From positions 1,036,209-1,100,208 of the forward strand of contig CAVRZT010000001.1 in NCBI GenBank assembly GCA_963725775.1: a stretch of DNA of 64,000 bases, in the 5' to 3' direction. Below the pieces are notes generated by a model. That model made no database searches. It was not told the DNA's origin and saw only the letters and a list, made by a program, of their open reading frames with translations. Below, piece after piece: positions 11,208 through 22,882 of the stretch (position 1 is its first letter; every line of letters starts with the position of its first letter). Source of the DNA: an uncultured Actinomycetes bacterium (GTDB lineage: Bacteria; Actinomycetota; Acidimicrobiia; IMCC26256; DASPTH01). A program made the position numbers and the translations under genes.

Positions 11208-11800
11208 CCGCGTCGACCGTCCCCGCATCCCGCCGCTGCCGCCCGACCAGTGGGGCGACGACGTGATGCAGGCCATCGGGGTGCTGCGACCGCCGGACGC
11301 GACGCAGGAGCTCCGCCGCGACGCAAGGGCGGACCCAAGGGGCTCAACGTCCTCGGGCACCCTGGCGCAGCATCCGGCGCTCATGCACGCGTACCACATC
11401 GTTCAACGGGCACATCCTCTACACGAACGACGCTCAGCGCCCGTCAGCGCGAGCTGCTGGTGCTCCGCGTCGCCGCCCGACGCGAGGCCGAGTACGAGTG
11501 GGAGCAGCACGTCCGTCATCGCCCGCGACGCCGACATCACCGACGCCGAGATCGAGCGCATCGCGGAGGGACCGCACGCCGACGGGGTGGTCGCCGATCG
11601 ACGCCGCGATGCTGCGCGCGGTCGACGAGCTGCTCGACCGACGCGCTGATCACCGACACGACGTGGGCGGTGCTCGCCGCGACCTCGATCGGCACCAATT
11701 GATGGACCTGGTCTTCACCGTCGGCGCCTACGACCTGCTGGCGATGGCGTTCCGGTCGTTCGGGGTCGAGCTCGACGCCGACCTGGCCCCGGCGTCATGA
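11204..11800 (+). CDS. AhpD/CMD-family protein (several frameshifts)
   Basis: Pieces across frames: PRIPPLPPDQW, LNVLGTLAQHP, RELLVLRVA..YEWEQH, MDLVFTVGAYDLLAM. Confidence 0.75.
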
Positions 11801-12512
11801 GCGCCCCCGAGGTCCCGGCCGACGCGCCGACGGCGACGTGACCCGCCGGGAGCTCGCGGTCGCGCGCGCGCTCGACCAGGCGGCGTTCGCGTGCCGAGAA
11901 CCGCGTGCAGCTCTTCCTCGACGCGGCACGCGAGCTCATGAACACGAACTCGGGGGAGTTCACCGTGCAGGAGGTGGTCGAGCGCTCCGGCCAGTCGCTG
12001 CGGACCTTCTACCAGTACTTCGCGGGGCAAGCAGGAGCTCCTGCTCGCGCTGTTCGAGGAGTCCGATCCGCGCGGCGGCCGCGCATCTGCAGGAAGTCGG
12101 TCGCGGGGGTCGACGATCCGCTCGATCGTCTCCACTGCTTCGCGGTCGAGTACTTCCGGATGTGCCGGCTCCGCGCGAAGGGTCAGGCGCCCCGAGGGCC
12201 GGCTCCCGCGATCGTGGAGTTCGCCCAGCAGCTGTTGACGTCACGCACCCACGGAATGCCGCCCACGCGTTCGCGCCGCTCGTCGAGATGCTCGAGGACC
12301 TGCTCGCCGACGCCGATGTCGGCCGGCGCGGTCCGCGCCGATCTCGACCTTCGCCGCGATCGCCGGCACGTTGCTGCAGGCGACCATGTTCAACTCGGTG
12401 GCCGACGCCATCAGCGGTCCGCCGGCGCCTCGACGGTGACGCTGGGCGCCGAGGCACTGTGGGACCTGCTGCTGCGCGGCATCGGCACGGGCGCCGAGCG
12501 ACTGACGACTGA
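11797..12512 (+). CDS. TetR-family regulator (frameshifts)
   Basis: FLDAARELM...FTVQEVVERSGQSLRTFYQYFAG HTH. Confidence 0.82.
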
Positions 12513-12528
12513 AGGAAGCGGGGGTACG

Positions 12529-14534
12529 ATGAGCGACGACGTGCGCACGGTCCGGAGCTTCTGCCGGATCTGCACCTCGGTGTGCGGGATCCTGGTCGAC
12601 GTGTCGGGCGACGAGGTCGTCCGCGTGCGCGGCGACCAGGACCACCCGCTCTCGCATGGCTACACGTGCGCGAAGGGTCGCGCGCTGCCCGCAGATGCAC
12701 CACCATCCCGACCGCATCGAGCAGCCGCAGGTGCGCGTCGACGGCGAGCTCGCGGCCGACGACCTGGGAGGCGTGCCTCGACGACCTCGGGAGCCGGGTC
12801 CGCGGCGATCATCGAGCAGCACGGGCCGTCGGCGGTCGGCGTGTTCTTCGGCAGCGGGAACGGCATGGACGCCGCGGGCTACCGCATGTCGCAGGCGCTG
12901 CACGCGGCGATCGGCACGCCGGCCAAGTTCAGCCCGCTCACCATCGACGGCACCGCCAAGGTGCTGGTGTCCGATCTCGTCGGCGGCGCGGTCGCACTCA
13001 GCGGACGTCCCGACTACGACTGCGCGACGTTCGTCATGTTCGTCGGCAGCAACCCGGTGGTCTCGCACGGTCACTCGGTCGCGATCCCGGACCCGGTGTC
13101 GGCCATCCGCGAGCTCACGAGCCGGGCCGACGTCTGGGTCGTCGACCCGCGACCGCACCGAGACCGCGCGCCTCGCCGACCACCACCTCGCGCCGCGTCC
13201 GGGCACCGACTACGCGATCCTCGCCTTCCTCGTGCGCGAGCTGCTGCGTGACGGCGCCGACCGCGCGGTCGCAGCGCGAGCGGCGTCGATGAGCTCAGCG
13301 GTCGCGGTCGAGCCGTTCACGCTCGAGCAGACGGCGCGCGTTGCCGATGTCCCCTCCGCCGACCTCGCGCAGCTGCTCGCCGCGGTCCGGCGCGCCGGTC
13401 GCGTCGCGATCGACACCGGCACCGGGGTCACGATGGCGGCCAGCGCCAACGTCACGCAGTGGCTGGCGTGGGTGCTGATGGTGCTCACCGATTCGATGAA
13501 CCGCCCCGGCGGCTACTGGTTCCATCCCGGGTTCGCCCACCAGCTCGAAGCGTTCGAGATGCCGGTGTCACCCGCCGAAGGTTCGTTCGGACCCGGACCG
13601 GCGAGCCGGCCGGAGACGCACGTCGTTCCTCGGCGAATGGCCGTGCGCCGTGCTGGCCGACGAGATCCGCGCCGGCAACATCCGCGCCGTGCTCAACTTC
13701 GGCGGCCACCTCCTCACCGCCTTCCCCGAGGCCGACGACCTCGAGTCGGCGCTGCGGGAGGTCGAGGTGTTCGCGACCATCGAGATCATCGACAACGCGA
13801 CCACCGCGATCTCGACGCACGTGTTGCCGACCAAGGACCAGCTCGAACGGGCCGACGTGACCCTGTGGGACTTCCTGAGTCCGCGGGTCGCCGCGCAGCA
13901 CACGCCGGCAGTCGTCGAACCGGTCGGCGACCGCCGTTCCACCTGGTGGGTGCTCGCCGAGCTCGGACGCCGCCTCGGCTACGAGCTCGCCGAGACGACC
14001 GGCGACGACGCCACCGACGACGCCCGGCTCGCCAAGATCACGGCCCGGGGCCGTCGCCCGTACGAGCAGCTGGTCGCCGATGGTTGGGTCGAGGTCGACC
14101 ACGAGGTGCCGGCGCCGTGGGTCGACGCGCACGTCGCGCGGATGGGCGGCTGGCGGCTCGCGCCGCAGCTGCTCGTCGACCAGCTGGCCGCGCTCGACCT
14201 CCCGGACGAGCTGGTCATGGTGCCCCGCCGGCAGGTGCGCCACCTCAACTCGCAGTTCGACTACCTGGGGGAGCCCGCCGAGGTGCTGCTCCACCCGGAC
14301 GACGCGGCCGCCGCGCTGGTGGTCGACGGCGAGGCGGTGATCGTCCGGAGCGCGCACGGTGAGCTGACCGGCGTCGCCAAGGTCGACGATGCCATCCGGC
14401 GGGGCGCGGTCTCCGTGCCGCACGGGCACCAGAGCGCCAACGTGAACCGGCTCACGAGCAAGGACGCCCTCGATCCGATCACCGGGATGGCGCTCTACTC
14501 CGGGATCCCGGTCACCGTGCATCCCGCTGGCTGA
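12529..14534 (+). CDS. DMSO-reductase-superfamily molybdopterin oxidoreductase with N-terminal [4Fe-4S] (frameshifts)
   Basis: CRICTSVC...CAKG, GSNPVVSHG, VVDPR, HVLPTKDQLER, C-terminal VSVPHG and NVNRLT. Confidence 0.88.
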
Positions 14535-14616
14535 GCGAAGGAAAATATCAAATCAGGGTGCATCGAGCCTGCGTTGACAGGCGGAGGGTCCCGGAGGCAA
14601 GCTTTGGGCGGATCAA

Positions 14617-14635
14617 GAAAATACTTTATCGAGAT
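14617..14635 (+). promoter_or_regulatory. Conserved motif upstream of binding-protein gene
   Basis: GAAAATACTTTATCGAGAT matches 41508..41526 (minus strand) at 17/19; TTGACA lies about 40 bp upstream. Confidence 0.6.
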
Positions 14636-14656
14636 CCGCTTTCCCGGGGGAACGAC

Positions 14657-15976
14657 ATGCGAATCGCTCGTGCGGTGCCGGCGGCCGTCGCGGTCGTCGC
14701 CACCCTTCTCGGTGTGGCACTCCTGCCCGCCGGGGCGCAGCAGAAGGTCAAGGCCGATGACGTGGGGATCACCGACACGGAGATCCGCATCGCGGTGATC
14801 GCCGACGTCGACAACCCGATCGTGCCCGGCCTGTTCAAGGCCGGGGCCGACGCGGTGAAGGCGTGGGGGGCGACGATCAACAAGGCCGGCGGCATCGCCG
14901 GCCGCAAGGTCGTCGTCGACTTCATCGACTCGAAGCTGAGCGCGAACGACACCCGCAACGCGGTCATCAAGGCGTGCAGCGAGGACTTCGCGCTCGTGGG
15001 CACGGAGGCGCTCTCGCTCAACAACGTCGCCGACCTGGAGACCTGCCCGAACGCGCAGGGCGAGGCAATCGGGATCCCCGAGCTCCCGGGTCTCGTGAGC
15101 GCGGCGGAGAAGTGCTCGCCGGTCGTGTTCTACGTCACCGCCGACGCGAGGTACTGCGACGACCAAGGACTCCCCGACGGTGACCTACACCGACCCAGCA
15201 GGGCGATTACCGCTACTACGTGTCGAAGAACAAGGACCTCCACGGCATCTGGCTCGCGCCGGCCGACGTGAAGTCGGTGAAGGACGCGGCGGTCCCGAGC
15301 TACACGGCGGGGATGGACCTCGGGATCAAGGAAGACGGCGAAGGCATCTACGACGTCTTCGCCCGCGACCCGCAGAGCTCGCTGACGCCGTTCCTGAACG
15401 TCGTCAAGCAGAACGGTTCGACGTTCGTCTACAACGGTTCCAGCGCCAGCAAGATGGTGCAAGCCCGTCAGGAGGCGGACATCCAGGGGGTCGACTCGGT
15501 GAAGGTCTGGGCATGTCACCAGGGCTGTTACGACCACGCCTTCCTCGACACGGGAGGCACCGACGTCGAAGGCACCAACTCGATCCTGAACACCCTGCCC
15601 TTCTACAGCGAGTACAAGGCGAACGCGTCGTTGAAGAGCTTCGCCAAGCAGGTCGGCGGTGTCGACAAGCTCAACAGCTACGGCATGTCGGCGTGGGTCG
15701 CGGCGCTGTTGTTCCAGGACGCGGCCGAGAAGGCCGTCGCCGACGGGGGCACGCTCACCCGGCAGTCGCTCTTCGACGCGCTGAAGGCCGAGCACAAGTT
15801 CGACGCCCAGGGCATCATGGGCCCGGTCGACGTCGCTGCCCGCATCCCGCCGACGTGCATCGTCGTCGCGCAGGTCAAGAACGGGAAGTGGGTACGCGGT
15901 CCACCCGACGAAGCCGGACACGTTCGACTGCAGCAAGCAGAACCTCACCGAGATCACGGTGAACCAGAGCGGCTGA
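14657..15976 (+). CDS. ABC-type substrate-binding protein (LivK/PBP1-like; frameshifts near 15170 and 15900)
   Basis: Signal peptide, DVGITDTEIRIAV, NKAGGIAGRKV; close paralog of 40155..41468. Confidence 0.85.
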
Positions 15977-16008
15977 CCCCGCCGCCGACCGACAACTGGG
16001 AGACAACC

Positions 16009-17296
16009 ATGGTGATGCAGTTCGAGAAGCCCGCGGCCGGCAGCTGGACGGAGGCGTATCCCGGATCTCGGTACGGGGTTGATCTCCTACGAGGATTCGA
16101 TCTCACCCGAGTTCTACGAGCTCGAGCGGGAGGCGATCTTCCGCCGCACGTGGTTGAACATCGGGCGGGTGGAGCAGGTCCCGAAGAAGGGCGAGCTACT
16201 TCACCAAGGAGCTCGCGGTCTGCGACACGTCGATCGTCGTGGTGCGGGGCCAGGACGACACGATCCGCGCGTTCCACAACATGTGTCGCCACCGCGGCAA
16301 CAAGTTGGTGTGGCAGGACTACCCGAACGAGGAAGTCGCCGGCACGTGTCGCCAGTTCACGTGCAAGTACCACGGGTGGCGGTACGCGCTCGACGGCGAG
16401 CTCACGTTCATCCAGCAGGAGCAGGAGTTCTTCGACCTCGACAAGAGCGACTTCCCGCTGGTGGAGGTCAACCTCGACATCTGGGAGGGGTTCATCTTCG
16501 TGAACCTCGACAAGGAACCGGCCGCGAGACGCTCGCAGGAGTTCCTCGGCGAGCTGGGCGAGAAGCTCGAGGGCTACCCGTTCTCCGAGCTCACGCAGGT
16601 GTTCAGCTACTCGGCGGAGGTCGGCAGCAACTGGAAGCTGTTCATCGACGCCTTCCAGGAGTTCTACCACGCACCGGTGTCTGCACGTGAAGCAGTCGCT
16701 GCCGCGAGGTCGCGGTGCCGATGATGGAAGCCGGCTTCGAGGCCATCCACTACTCGATCCACGGCGATCACCGCGTGGTGTCGACCGCCGGCGGCCGCAT
16801 GGACGCGCGGAGGTCCGCCGGAGTTCGTGAAGCCGATCGACATCGCTGTTCCGCAGTGGCCTGTTCGGCCCGTGGGACCGCGCCGAGAACGAGCGCGGTC
16901 TCCTCTCGCCGGGCATGAACCCGTCGCAGCCACCCGGCGTGGGGTCTCGACTCGTTCCAGTTCTTCCCGAACTTCGTGATCCTGGTCTGGGAGCCGGGCT
17001 GGTACCTCACGTACCACTACTGGCCGACGTCGGTGAACTCGCACATCTTCGAGGGTCGCCTCTACTTCCGGCCGCCGAAGAACGCGAGCGAGCGCCTGGC
17101 GCAGGAGCTCGCGGCGGTGACGTTCAAGGAGTTCGCGTTGCAGGACGGCAACACGCTCGAGGCGACGCAGACGATGCTGCAGTCACGCGTCATCACCGAG
17201 TTCCCGCTCTGCGACCAGGAGGTGCTGTGCCGGCACCTCCACAAGGTCGCGCACGACTACGTCGACGCCTACGGCGGCGTCGGGAAGGACAAGTGA
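16009..17296 (+). CDS. Rieske oxygenase alpha subunit (copy 2; several frameshifts)
   Basis: CRHRGNKLVW, CKYHGW, DAFQEFYHAP, FPNFVILVW, QDGNTLE; highly similar to copy 1. Confidence 0.88.
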
Positions 17297-17627
17297 TGAC
17301 GATGCTGCCCGAGCGAGTTCTCCGACCTCGAGCCGTTCGCGGCCCGGTGGTCCCTGCCGACCGAGAAGCGAACGCTACGCGGAGCGTCTGTCGAGCTCGA
17401 TGGAGGACATGCAGGCGTTCTACGACGCCACCTTCCCGCGCACCGAGGCGGCGAAGACGTATCTCGACACCTTCCCGCTCGACGCCCTGCCGGAGGACGC
17501 GACCAACCTGTTGCACCTGCTCTACTCCTTCATCTCGGTGTCGTTCGCGGTCGAGGTCTGGAAGCAGCCGAACGTGCCCGACTCGGGTGCCGCGTACCTC
17601 GACCTCGTCGGGGAGCCCACGCCATGA
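17296..17627 (+). CDS. Conserved hypothetical protein (paralog of 8772..9098; frameshifts)
   Basis: MEDMQAFYDATFPR...SFAVEVWKQPNVPDSGAAYLD; TGATG overlap with the Rieske gene. Confidence 0.78.
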
Positions 17628-18901
17628 CCGCGACGATGGTGGCCGGATCCCGGCCGAAGCCGCCCGACCACCCGGTCGTCCTGAAGGCCGACCGGATGGT
17701 CGACGTCGACGCGCGCACGATCGTCGAGCCGGGCGTCGTGGTCGTGGAGCGCGAGCACATCCGCGACGTGTCGCCCGAGCGGATCCCCGACGACGCCGAG
17801 GTGATCGAGCTCGGTGACCTGACCCTGCTGCCCGGGCTCATGGACATGGAGCTCAACTTCCTCATGGGCGGCGCCGGCGGCACGATGATGAGCTCGGTGT
17901 CGGACGATCCCGCGCTGAAGCTCATGCGGGCGATCCCGAGCGTCCGCAAGACGCTGCTGGCCGGGTTCACGACGGTGCGCAACCTCGGCCTGTTCGTGCA
18001 GACCGGCGGTCTGCTCCTCGACGTCACGCTCATGAAGGCGGTCGACGCCGGTTGGATTCCCGGGCCGCGCATCTTCCCTTCGGGGCACGCGATCACGCCG
18101 AGCGGTGGTCACCTCGATCCGACCATGTTCCAGGGGTTCGCACCGGGGGTGCTGCCGTTGACGGTCGAAGAGGGGATCGCCGACGGCGTCAGCCAGGTGC
18201 GTCGCGCGGTGCGCTACCAGATCAAGTACGGCGCCACGCAGATCAAGGTGTGCGCGTCGGGCGGCGTCATGTCGCTCACCGGTACGGCGGGCGCGCAGCA
18301 CTACTCCGACGAGGAGCTGCGGGCGATCGTCGACGAAGCCCACCGACGCGGCATGAGGGTGGCCGCGCACGCGCACGGCGACCAGGGGATCAAGGCCGCG
18401 ATCGAGGCCGGGATCGACTGCATCGAGCACGCCTCGCTCATGAGCGAGGAGACGCAGAAGCTCGCGCTCGAGCGCGGCACGTTCATCGTGCCCACGTCGT
18501 ACCTCTCCGAGGGCATGGACGTGTCGAACGCGGCACCCGAGCTGCAGGCCAAGGCGGCGGAGGTCTTCCCGATCGCGAAGAAGACGATCGCGCGGCTGAT
18601 CGACGCGGGAGCGAAGATCGCCACGGGTACCGACGCGCCGGCGATCCCGCACGGGCAGAACTGGAAGGAGCTGTGGGCGTTGGTGCAGCGCGGCATGCGG
18701 CCGGTCGACGCGATCGTGGCGTCGACGGTGGTCAGCGCGGAGCTCGTGCAGCGCGAAGGCGACCTCGGTCGCCTGGTGCCGGGCTTCCTCGCCGACGTCA
18801 TCGCGGTGCCCGGCGACCCCACCGAGGACATCACCGTCACCGAGGACGTGCAGTTCGTGATGAAGGGTGGCGTGGTCTACAAGATGCCCGTCACCGTCTG
18901 A
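17624..18901 (+). CDS. Metal-dependent amidohydrolase (prolidase-like subgroup)
   Basis: TLLPGLMD, AGFTTVR, IKVCASGGV, VAAHAHG, CIEH, GTDAP, ADVIAV.GDP; intact ORF. Confidence 0.9.
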   Translation: MTATMVAGSRPKPPDHPVVLKADRMVDVDARTIVEPGVVVVEREHIRDVSPERIPDDAEVIELGDLTLLPGLMDMELNFLMGGAGGTMMSSVSDDPALKLMRAIPSVRKTLLAGFTTVRNLGLFVQTGGLLLDVTLMKAVDAGWIPGPRIFPSGHAITPSGGHLDPTMFQGFAPGVLPLTVEEGIADGVSQVRRAVRYQIKYGATQIKVCASGGVMSLTGTAGAQHYSDEELRAIVDEAHRRGMRVAAHAHGDQGIKAAIEAGIDCIEHASLMSEETQKLALERGTFIVPTSYLSEGMDVSNAAPELQAKAAEVFPIAKKTIARLIDAGAKIATGTDAPAIPHGQNWKELWALVQRGMRPVDAIVASTVVSAELVQREGDLGRLVPGFLADVIAVPGDPTEDITVTEDVQFVMKGGVVYKMPVTV

Positions 18902-20050
18902 TGGATTTCGACCTCTCCGAGGAACACGAAGCCTTCCGCAAGGTCGTCCGCGACTTCGCGGAGCAGGAGATCGCACCGCACGCCGAGCGCGTGGGACCGC
19001 GATCACGTGTTCCCCGTCGAGGTCGTGCAGGCGATGGGCGAGCTCGGCCTGTTCGGCCTGCCGTTCCCGCTGGAGTACGGCGGGTCGGGGGCCGACTTCA
19101 CCACGTTGTGCGTCGCCATCGAGGAGGTGGCGCGCGTCGACTCGTCGATGGCGATCACGCTCGAGGCGGCGGTCGGGCTCGGCGCCGCGCCGATCGCGGC
19201 GTACGGCACCGAGGAGCAACGCCAGCAGTGGTTGCCCGACCTGTGCGCGGGGCGGGCGCTGGCCGGGTTCGGTCTCACCGAGCCCGACGCCGGAAGCGAC
19301 GCCGGCGCCAGCCGCACGCGCGCGCGCGCAGGACGGCGACGAGTGGGTGCTCGACGGCACCAAGGCGTTCATCACCAACTCGGGCACGCCCATCACCTCG
19401 CTGGTGACGGTCACCGCGCGCACGGGGTCGGCACGCGAGATCACCGCGATCATCGTCCCGACCGGCACGCCGGGGTTCACCGTGGAACCGGCGTACCGGA
19501 AGATGGGATGGCACGCCTCCGACACCCACCCGCTCACGCTTCGCCGACTGCCGGGTGCCGCTCACGAACACGCTCGGCACCGAGGGCGACGGCTTCCGTC
19601 AGTTCCTCGCCACCCTCGACGACGGCCGCATCGCCATCGCCGCGCTGGCGGTCGGGCATGGCCCAGGCGTGCCTGGAACAGAGCGTCGCGTACGCGGGGG
19701 AGCGCATGGCGTTCGGTGCGCCGATCGGCGCCAACCAGGGCGTGGCGTTCCGGTGCGCCGATCTCGCGGTGATGGTCGAGAACGCCCGGTTGCTCACCTA
19801 CAAGGCGGCGTGGCTGAAGGACGTCGGGCGTCCGTTCAAGCAGGCGGCGGCGATGGCGAAGCTCTACGCGACGGAAGCCGCGGTCGACGCCACGCGCCAC
19901 GCCACGCAGATCTTCGGCGGCGCCGGGTTCATCGACGAGACGCCGGTCAGCCGCTTCTACCGCGACGCGAAGATCCTGGAGATCGGTGAGGGAACCAGCG
20001 AGATCCAGCGGCTGGTCATCGGTCGCGAGCTGGGGCTGCCCGTCCGGTGA
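18901..20050 (+). CDS. Acyl-CoA dehydrogenase, FadE19-like (frameshifts)
   Basis: GLFGLPFP..YGG, AITLEAAVGLGA, FGLTEPDAGSD, YRDAKILEIGEGTSEIQR. Confidence 0.88.
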
Positions 20051-21029
20051 CGAGCTCGGCGACGCGGCCGCGCGACGATCCCGAGCTGCTCGCCGAAGGT
20101 GTTCGCCGCGGCGAGCGGGCGTTCGGTGGCGCGCATGCTGACGTTGGTGGAATCCGGCGACGAGGCGGCCCGCCCGGCGATCGCGTCGTTGGCCGCCGAC
20201 GGCGGACGCGCGTACACCGTCGGTGTCACCGGAGCGCCCGGTGCGGGGAAGTCGTCGCTCACCGATCAGCTCGTGCGGGTCCTCCGCGCGCAGGGCGATC
20301 CGGTGGCCGTCCTCGCGGTCGATCCGTCGAGCCCCCGTACCGGCGGGGCCATCCTCGGTGACCGGGTGCGCATGGGCGCGCACGCCACCGACCCGGATGT
20401 CTTCATCCGCTCGATGGCGACGCGCGGCCAGCTCGGGGGTCTCGCCGCGGCCGCGCCCCAGGCGATTCGGGTGCTCGATGCCAGCGGCACGCCGTGGGTC
20501 CTCGTCGAGACGGTCGGGGTCGGCCAGGTGGAGCTCGACATCGCCGGCGCGACCGACACCACCGTGGTCGTCGTCACCCCGGGCTGGGGCGACGGCGTGC
20601 AGGCCAACAAGGCCGGCCTCCTCGAGGTCGCCGACGTGTTCGTGGTGAACAAGGCCGATCGCGCCGGCGCCGACGCCGCGGTGAAGGACCTCGTCTCGAT
20701 GCTCGAGTTCTCGGCGACGGAATCGTGGCGCCCGCCGATCATCGAGACGGTCGCCACGACCGGTCAGGGCATCGACGCGTTGTGGGATGCGGTGTCGGCG
20801 CACCGCGCGCACCTGATGGAGACGGGTCTCCTCGAACGTCGTCGTCGTGAACGTCTGCACCACGAGATCCGCGAGATGGTGAAGGCGCACCTCCTGCAGC
20901 TCGCCGATGCGTGCTGTCAGGGGCCGCGGTTCGACAGCGATCGTCGAAGAGCACACCCAGGGCGCGTTCGATCCGCAGCGCGTCGCGGAACTGGTGGTCG
21001 GAGCGGAGCTCGGAGGAGTGCAGCAATGA
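20047..21029 (+). CDS. meaB: Mutase-associated GTPase MeaB/ArgK (frameshifts at both ends)
   Basis: GVTGAPGAGKSS, AVDPSSPRTGGAILGDRVRM, FIRSMATRG, ETVGVGQ, NKAD. Confidence 0.93.
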
Positions 21030-22079
21030 GTCGCGACCACGGGTTCCATCCGCTGCGCGGTCGACGCGCATCGTGCAGGAGACCCACGACACGAAGTCGT
21101 TCGTGTTCGACGTACCCGCCGAGCTGCAGGAGGCCTTCGCCTACGAGGCGGGCCAGTTCTGCACCTTCCGCGTCCCCTTCGGCGACGAAGACCTGATGCG
21201 CTGCTACTCGATGTCGAGCTCGCCGCACACCGACACCGAGTTCGTCACCACGGTGAAGCGCGTGCCCGGCGGGCGGGTCTCCAACTGGATGCTCGACGAG
21301 GTCGCGGAGGGCGACGTGCTCGCCCTCACCCGACCGGCCGGGGTCTTCACGCTGGTACCGCGCAGCACGCCGATCGTCGCGTTCTCCGGCGGCAGCGGGA
21401 TCACGCCGGTGATCTCGGTGATCAAGAGCGCGCTGGCGACCACCGAGCGGTCCGGTGCGGCTGCTCTACGCCAACCGCGACGTCGAGTCGGTCATCTTCC
21501 GGGCCGAGCTCGACGCGCTGAGCGTCGCGCATCCCGACCGGTTCGAGGTGGTGCACCACCTCGACACCGAGCACGGCTTCGTCCACTCGAACGGCGTGGC
21601 GGAGTTCGTGGGCACCGACCTCGACGCCGACTTCTACATCTGCGGACCGGGCCCGTTCATGGACGTGGTCGAGGACGCGCTGGCGCAGGTCGCGGTGCCG
21701 TCGGAGCAGGTGTTCATCGAGCGGTTCGCCTTCGCGGCGCCGCGGCGCGGCTCGACGAACCCCCGGCGCACCCCCGCGACCGCGACGGCGGTGGAGGCGG
21801 GCACCGAGACGGTCGTCATCGTGCTCGACGGGAAGGAGCACTCGGTGCACTACCAGCCCGGGGAGACGTTCCTCGAGACCGCTCGTCGCGCCGGGCTGCG
21901 CGCGCCGTTCTCGTGCGAGGCCGGGAGCTGCGCGACGTGCATGGCGTTCTTGCGCGAGGGCACGGCGACGATGCGCGTCAACAACGCGTTGACGCCCGAA
22001 GAGGTCGACGGAGGGCTGGGTGCTCACGTGCCAGGGCTTCCCGGCGTCACCGGCGGTGACCGTCGTGTACGAGTCGTGA
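21026..22079 (+). CDS. Ferredoxin-NAD(P)H reductase with C-terminal [2Fe-2S], KshB/PaaE-like (frameshifts)
   Basis: RCYSMSS, GGSGITP, YICGPGPFM, CEAGSCATC...LTCQ. Confidence 0.9.
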
Positions 22080-22140
22080 CCGTCGCGTCGCGCGTCGACA
22101 CCGCGTCGATAACCTGGATCGAACATGGGAGACGGAGCAG

Positions 22141-22878
22141 ATGGCCGAGCCCGAGGTTGCGGAGACCACCGCCGTGCGTGCCGGAACCGTGAACCATCCG
22201 AGCCTCAAGGACACCGCCGCGGCGTACCTGCGCGAGCAGATCCTCACCGGCAAGCTCACGCCGGGCACCAAGATCGACCAGGACGAGATCAGCGAGGCGC
22301 TCGGGCATGAGCCGCCTGCCCGTGCGCGAGGCGCTCATCGAGCTCGCGCAGGAGAGCCTGATCGACGCGGTGCCCCGACGCGGCGCGTTCGTCGCCCGCT
22401 TGGAACGGGCCGACATCATCGACCACTACCGGATCTTCGGACTCATCGCCGGGCTCGCGGCCAGCCGCGCCGCGACGTCGCTGACCGACGAGCAGCTCGT
22501 GCAGCTGCGCGCCGTCCACGAGGCGTTCGTCGCGGCGACCGATCCCGACGACAAGGCGAACTGGAACCACGAGTTCCACAAGATGATCAACCAGGCCGGC
22601 GGTTCGCGTCGCCTGGTCTCGGTGCTCGGCGCTGCTGTCGCGCAGCCTGCCGGTGCGCTACTTCGAGTTCGTGCCCGACTGGGCCGAGATCTCGGCGAGC
22701 CACCACGCCCGAATCCTGAGCGCGCTCGAGGCGCACGACGCGCACGAGGCGCAGCGCATGCATGGAGCACCACCTGGCCGAGAGCGGCGACCTCGCGGTC
22801 GAGATCCTCCAGGAGATGGGGTACTGGGACCGATTGCCCGGCGAGCGGACGGAAGCGAGCGAGTCCGGCGCGGCGTAG
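22141..22878 (+). CDS. GntR/FCD-family regulator (frameshifts)
   Basis: LREQILTGKLTPG...SRLPVREAL; FCD motifs NHEFH and HHARIL. Confidence 0.85.
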
Positions 22879-22882
22879 TCAC

